DNA of 42,233 bases from the sequence record SRR22947725_1500; one strand, 5' to 3'. This document shows positions 38,045 to 42,233 of the stretch, piece after piece. Numbering within the stretch: the first letter of the stretch is position 1; each line of letters starts with the position of its first letter. Made by a program: the position numbers and the translations under genes. Under the pieces are notes generated by a model. The model had not been told where the DNA came from and did not search any database. It saw only the letters and a program-made list of their open reading frames with translations.

Positions 38045-38820
38045 TAATGAGTCGCCTCAGTTTTAATTCCTTTGCCTAAATAGGCCTCAATAACTGCATC
38101 ACTACTCTTAATTTCATCAGGAGTTCCACTTGTTAAAATTTGACCTTCTGCAAGAACGACAACTGGATCACAAAGTCTAGAAATAAAATCCATATCGTGC
38201 TCAATCATACAAAATGTATAGCCTCTTTCTTCATTGAGTCTGATGATTGCATCGCCGATTTGTTTAAGAAGCGTCCTATTAACTCCTGCGCCCACTTCAT
38301 CAAGAAGAACAACTTTGGCATCAACCATCATTGTCCTTGCTAACTCCAATAATTTTTTCTGGCCACCCGAAAGATTTCCTGCACTTTCATTTTTAAGATG
38401 ACTAATACTCAGAAAATCAACAACTTCTTCTGCTTTGGCTTGAAGGGCTTTCTCTTCCTCATTTATTTGCTTTCGCTTTAACCAAGTATTCATCAAATTT
38501 TCACCCAGCTGATTGGCTGGCACCATCATTAAGTTCTCAAGAACACTAAGAGTAGGGAATTCATGAGCAATTTGAAATGTTCTCAATAAGCCCTTATGAA
38601 AAAGCTGGTGCGATGTAAGTTCGGTGACGTCTTCACCATCAAGAATAATTTCACCTTCAGTGGGCTGATAAAGTCCAGCTATAAGATTAAACATTGTTGT
38701 TTTTCCAGCACCATTTGGTCCAACTAAACCAGTAATTGAGCCTTTATCAATGTGCAAGTCAACTCCATCTACAGCCTTGATTCCGCCAAAATGTTTTGAT
38801 AAGTTTTTAACTGTAATCAT
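38044..38820 (-). CDS. livG: Liv-type ABC ATPase (LivG-like)
   Basis: GPNGAGKTT, RTFQ, LSGGQKKLLE, IEHDMD and EAYLG. Confidence 0.88.
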   Translation of the reverse strand: MITVKNLSKHFGGIKAVDGVDLHIDKGSITGLVGPNGAGKTTMFNLIAGLYQPTEGEIILDGEDVTELTSHQLFHKGLLRTFQIAHEFPTLSVLENLMMVPANQLGENLMNTWLKRKQINEEEKALQAKAEEVVDFLSISHLKNESAGNLSGGQKKLLELARTMMVDAKVVLLDEVGAGVNRTLLKQIGDAIIRLNEERGYTFCMIEHDMDFISRLCDPVVVLAEGQILTSGTPDEIKSSDAVIEAYLGKGIKTEATH

Positions 38821-38916
38821 TATCAGTCAGGTAATTGATACCCAAATCTCCCTGTGAACTAACTGGTTTTTCAAAAGTGCCAAATTATCCTTTAAATTTA
38901 GAAAAATTGTAGCCCT

Positions 38917-39216
38917 TTAAGGCAAAACCTTATTAAATGGTTTTACAACTACACTTGAATAAACGCCTGCAGTAACATAGGGGTCAGCATCTGCCCATTG
39001 ACGTGCCTGCTCGAGATCATCAAACTCTGCAACAATCAAAGACCCTGAAAAACCAGAATCCCCTGGTTCTGAGACATCAATCGATGGATGAGGGCCCGCC
39101 AAAATGAGTCTACCTTGATCTTTCAATTCGATCAGCCTTGCGACATGAGATGGCCTAGCCTCCATCCGCTTTGATAAGCTATTTTCAATATCTTGAGCAA
39201 TAATTGCGTACAACAT
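38917..39216 (-). CDS. yciI: YciI family protein
   Basis: RPSHVARL, LAGP, GFSGSLIVAEF and WADADPY. Confidence 0.92.
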   Translation of the reverse strand: MLYAIIAQDIENSLSKRMEARPSHVARLIELKDQGRLILAGPHPSIDVSEPGDSGFSGSLIVAEFDDLEQARQWADADPYVTAGVYSSVVVKPFNKVLP

Positions 39217-39225
39217 AATTAATTC

Positions 39226-40789
<1,564 letters not shown>

Positions 40790-40866
40790 GTACTTCGCTC
40801 ATTACTTAAATATATACGTAAATTATATTCGTTTAAAATAGGCATAGTTATAAATTCCTTTCAGCA

Positions 40867-41667
40867 ATGGCACAAAAAACACCTGACATTTTAAAAAAAA
40901 TAGTTTCTCGAAAGCATGAGGAAATTGATGAGGGTATTAAACGTGTCCCTCTTGAAAGAATGATTGAATTAGCCGGTAATGCTGATCAAACCCGTGGCTT
41001 TTATAATGCACTTCAAAGTAAAGTCAAACAAAAACAGAGCGGTATTATTGCTGAAATCAAAAAAGCGTCCCCTAGTAAAGGAGTCCTAAGGGAGAACTTT
41101 GATCCTGTTGAAATTGCAAAAAGTTATGAGTCAGGAGGTGCGAGCTGCCTATCAATATTAACAGATCGTGATTTCTTTCAAGGAGACCCACTGTTCTTAA
41201 TAAAAGCTCGAGCTGCGGTGTCAATACCGGTTATTCGTAAGGACTTTATTGTTGATCCTTATCAGGTCTATGAATCAAGGGCTATGGGGGCTGACTGTAT
41301 TTTATTAATAGTCTCATGCCTCAAAGATAGTGAGTTAAAAAGCCTCAGTCAGCTAGCTTCATCACTTGGAATGGATACTTTAGTTGAAGTACATGACAGC
41401 GATGAGCTTCACCGTGCCTTAAAACTAAAACTGCCTATGCTTGGCATTAATAATAGGAATCTTAAAAATTTTGAAGTTAGCCTACAAACGACTATTGACT
41501 TACTCTCTGACATTGATGATGATAAGCTAGTGATTACTGAATCAGGAATCATCTCAAAAATGGATGTAGAATTAATGCGTAATCACAATGTGTTTGGTTT
41601 TTTAATTGGCGAGGCTTTTATGAGGGACTCTAACCCTGGCCAAAAACTTAAGGAGTTTTTTGAATGA
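40867..41667 (+). CDS. trpC: Indole-3-glycerol phosphate synthase
   Basis: [32 protein letters not shown] and LIGEAFM. Confidence 0.97.
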   Translation: MAQKTPDILKKIVSRKHEEIDEGIKRVPLERMIELAGNADQTRGFYNALQSKVKQKQSGIIAEIKKASPSKGVLRENFDPVEIAKSYESGGASCLSILTDRDFFQGDPLFLIKARAAVSIPVIRKDFIVDPYQVYESRAMGADCILLIVSCLKDSELKSLSQLASSLGMDTLVEVHDSDELHRALKLKLPMLGINNRNLKNFEVSLQTTIDLLSDIDDDKLVITESGIISKMDVELMRNHNVFGFLIGEAFMRDSNPGQKLKEFFE

Positions 41668-42077
41668 ATATTTCTGTGAATTGGGTTGATGGGCTTCTTA
41701 TGGTTGGCAAATCAGACAGTGGCCATACCATCACCATGGATGGACCACCAGAATCAGGTGGTGAAAATCTTGGTGTTAGGCCTATGGAGATGCTATTACT
41801 GGGGGTCGCTGGCTGCACGATGATCGATGTTGTAACCACACTCAAAAAAATGCGCCAAGACCTATCTTACCTTGAAACTAAAATTAATGCAGAGAGAGCA
41901 ACTGATCATCCCAAAGTGTTTACCAATATTCATATTCAGTTTATTCTTAAAGGGCAAAATTTAGATGAAAAGAAAGTTGATAAAGCAATTACATTTTCAG
42001 CTGAAAAATACTGCTCAGCATCAATCATGCTCGGAGAAACTGCAACAATTACGCATGATTTTCAGATCATAGAATAA
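41664..42077 (+). CDS. OsmC family protein (YhfA-like)
   Basis: [19 protein letters not shown] and AEKYCSAS. Confidence 0.9.
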   Translation: MNISVNWVDGLLMVGKSDSGHTITMDGPPESGGENLGVRPMEMLLLGVAGCTMIDVVTTLKKMRQDLSYLETKINAERATDHPKVFTNIHIQFILKGQNLDEKKVDKAITFSAEKYCSASIMLGETATITHDFQIIE

Positions 42078-42126
42078 AATTTTATTAAACAACTATTTCT
42101 AAAATACTCATTTAATATAATTGAAG

Positions 42127-42132
42127 TATAAT
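42127..42132 (+). promoter_or_regulatory. Putative -10 element for tRNA-Ser
   Basis: TATAAT 11 nt upstream of the tRNA 5' end. Confidence 0.5.
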
Positions 42133-42143
42133 ATGCCTTCTTC

Positions 42144-42233
42144 GGAGAGGTGGCCGAGTGGCTGAAGGCGCTCCCCTGCTAAGGGAGTATAGGCTTTAAC
42201 TCCTATCGAGGGTTCGAATCCCTCTCTCTCCGC
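42144..42233 (+). tRNA. tRNA-Ser (anticodon GCT); CCA end cut by the window edge
   Basis: GGAGAGG/TCTCTCC acceptor stem, TGGCCGAGTGG D-arm, CTCCC-CTGCTAA-GGGAG anticodon arm, long variable arm, GGTTCGAATCC T-arm. Confidence 0.95.

Overview
AT-rich, very tightly packed chromosomal segment from a genome-streamlined gammaproteobacterium. Gene content and style suggest a marine SUP05/Arctic96BD-19 (Thioglobaceae)-like organism, but this is an inference. The window starts inside a minus-strand tRNA-Ala and ends at a tRNA-Ser(GCT). It holds about 40 CDSs, mostly housekeeping genes in scrambled order (nadD-rsfS-rlmH, epmB, uvrD, rlmD, mraY, dcd, prfC, gyrA, aroG-like, folE2, parC, dapB, kdsA, trpC). 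It also carries glcDEF divergent from an alanine/serine-glyoxylate aminotransferase, a ProU-type quaternary-amine ABC transporter, a Liv-type ABC transporter and a small accessory cluster (RutE-like, HPP, two EamA/DMT transporters, a methyltransferase, DUF4282). I see no integrase, transposase, phage gene, CRISPR array or defence system. The best candidate for something undescribed is the 722-aa ProW-like permease. It carries an approximately 430-aa soluble helical N-terminal extension with an approximately 83-aa internal periodicity, bracketed by two Cys, in an operon with a Pho-box-like tandem repeat upstream. Other items of interest are a half-size GlcE, an interdigitated arsC/tlpA head-to-head pair 11 bp apart, a cyclophilin fused to a degenerate FKBP domain, and a long structured leader before folE2-aroG.
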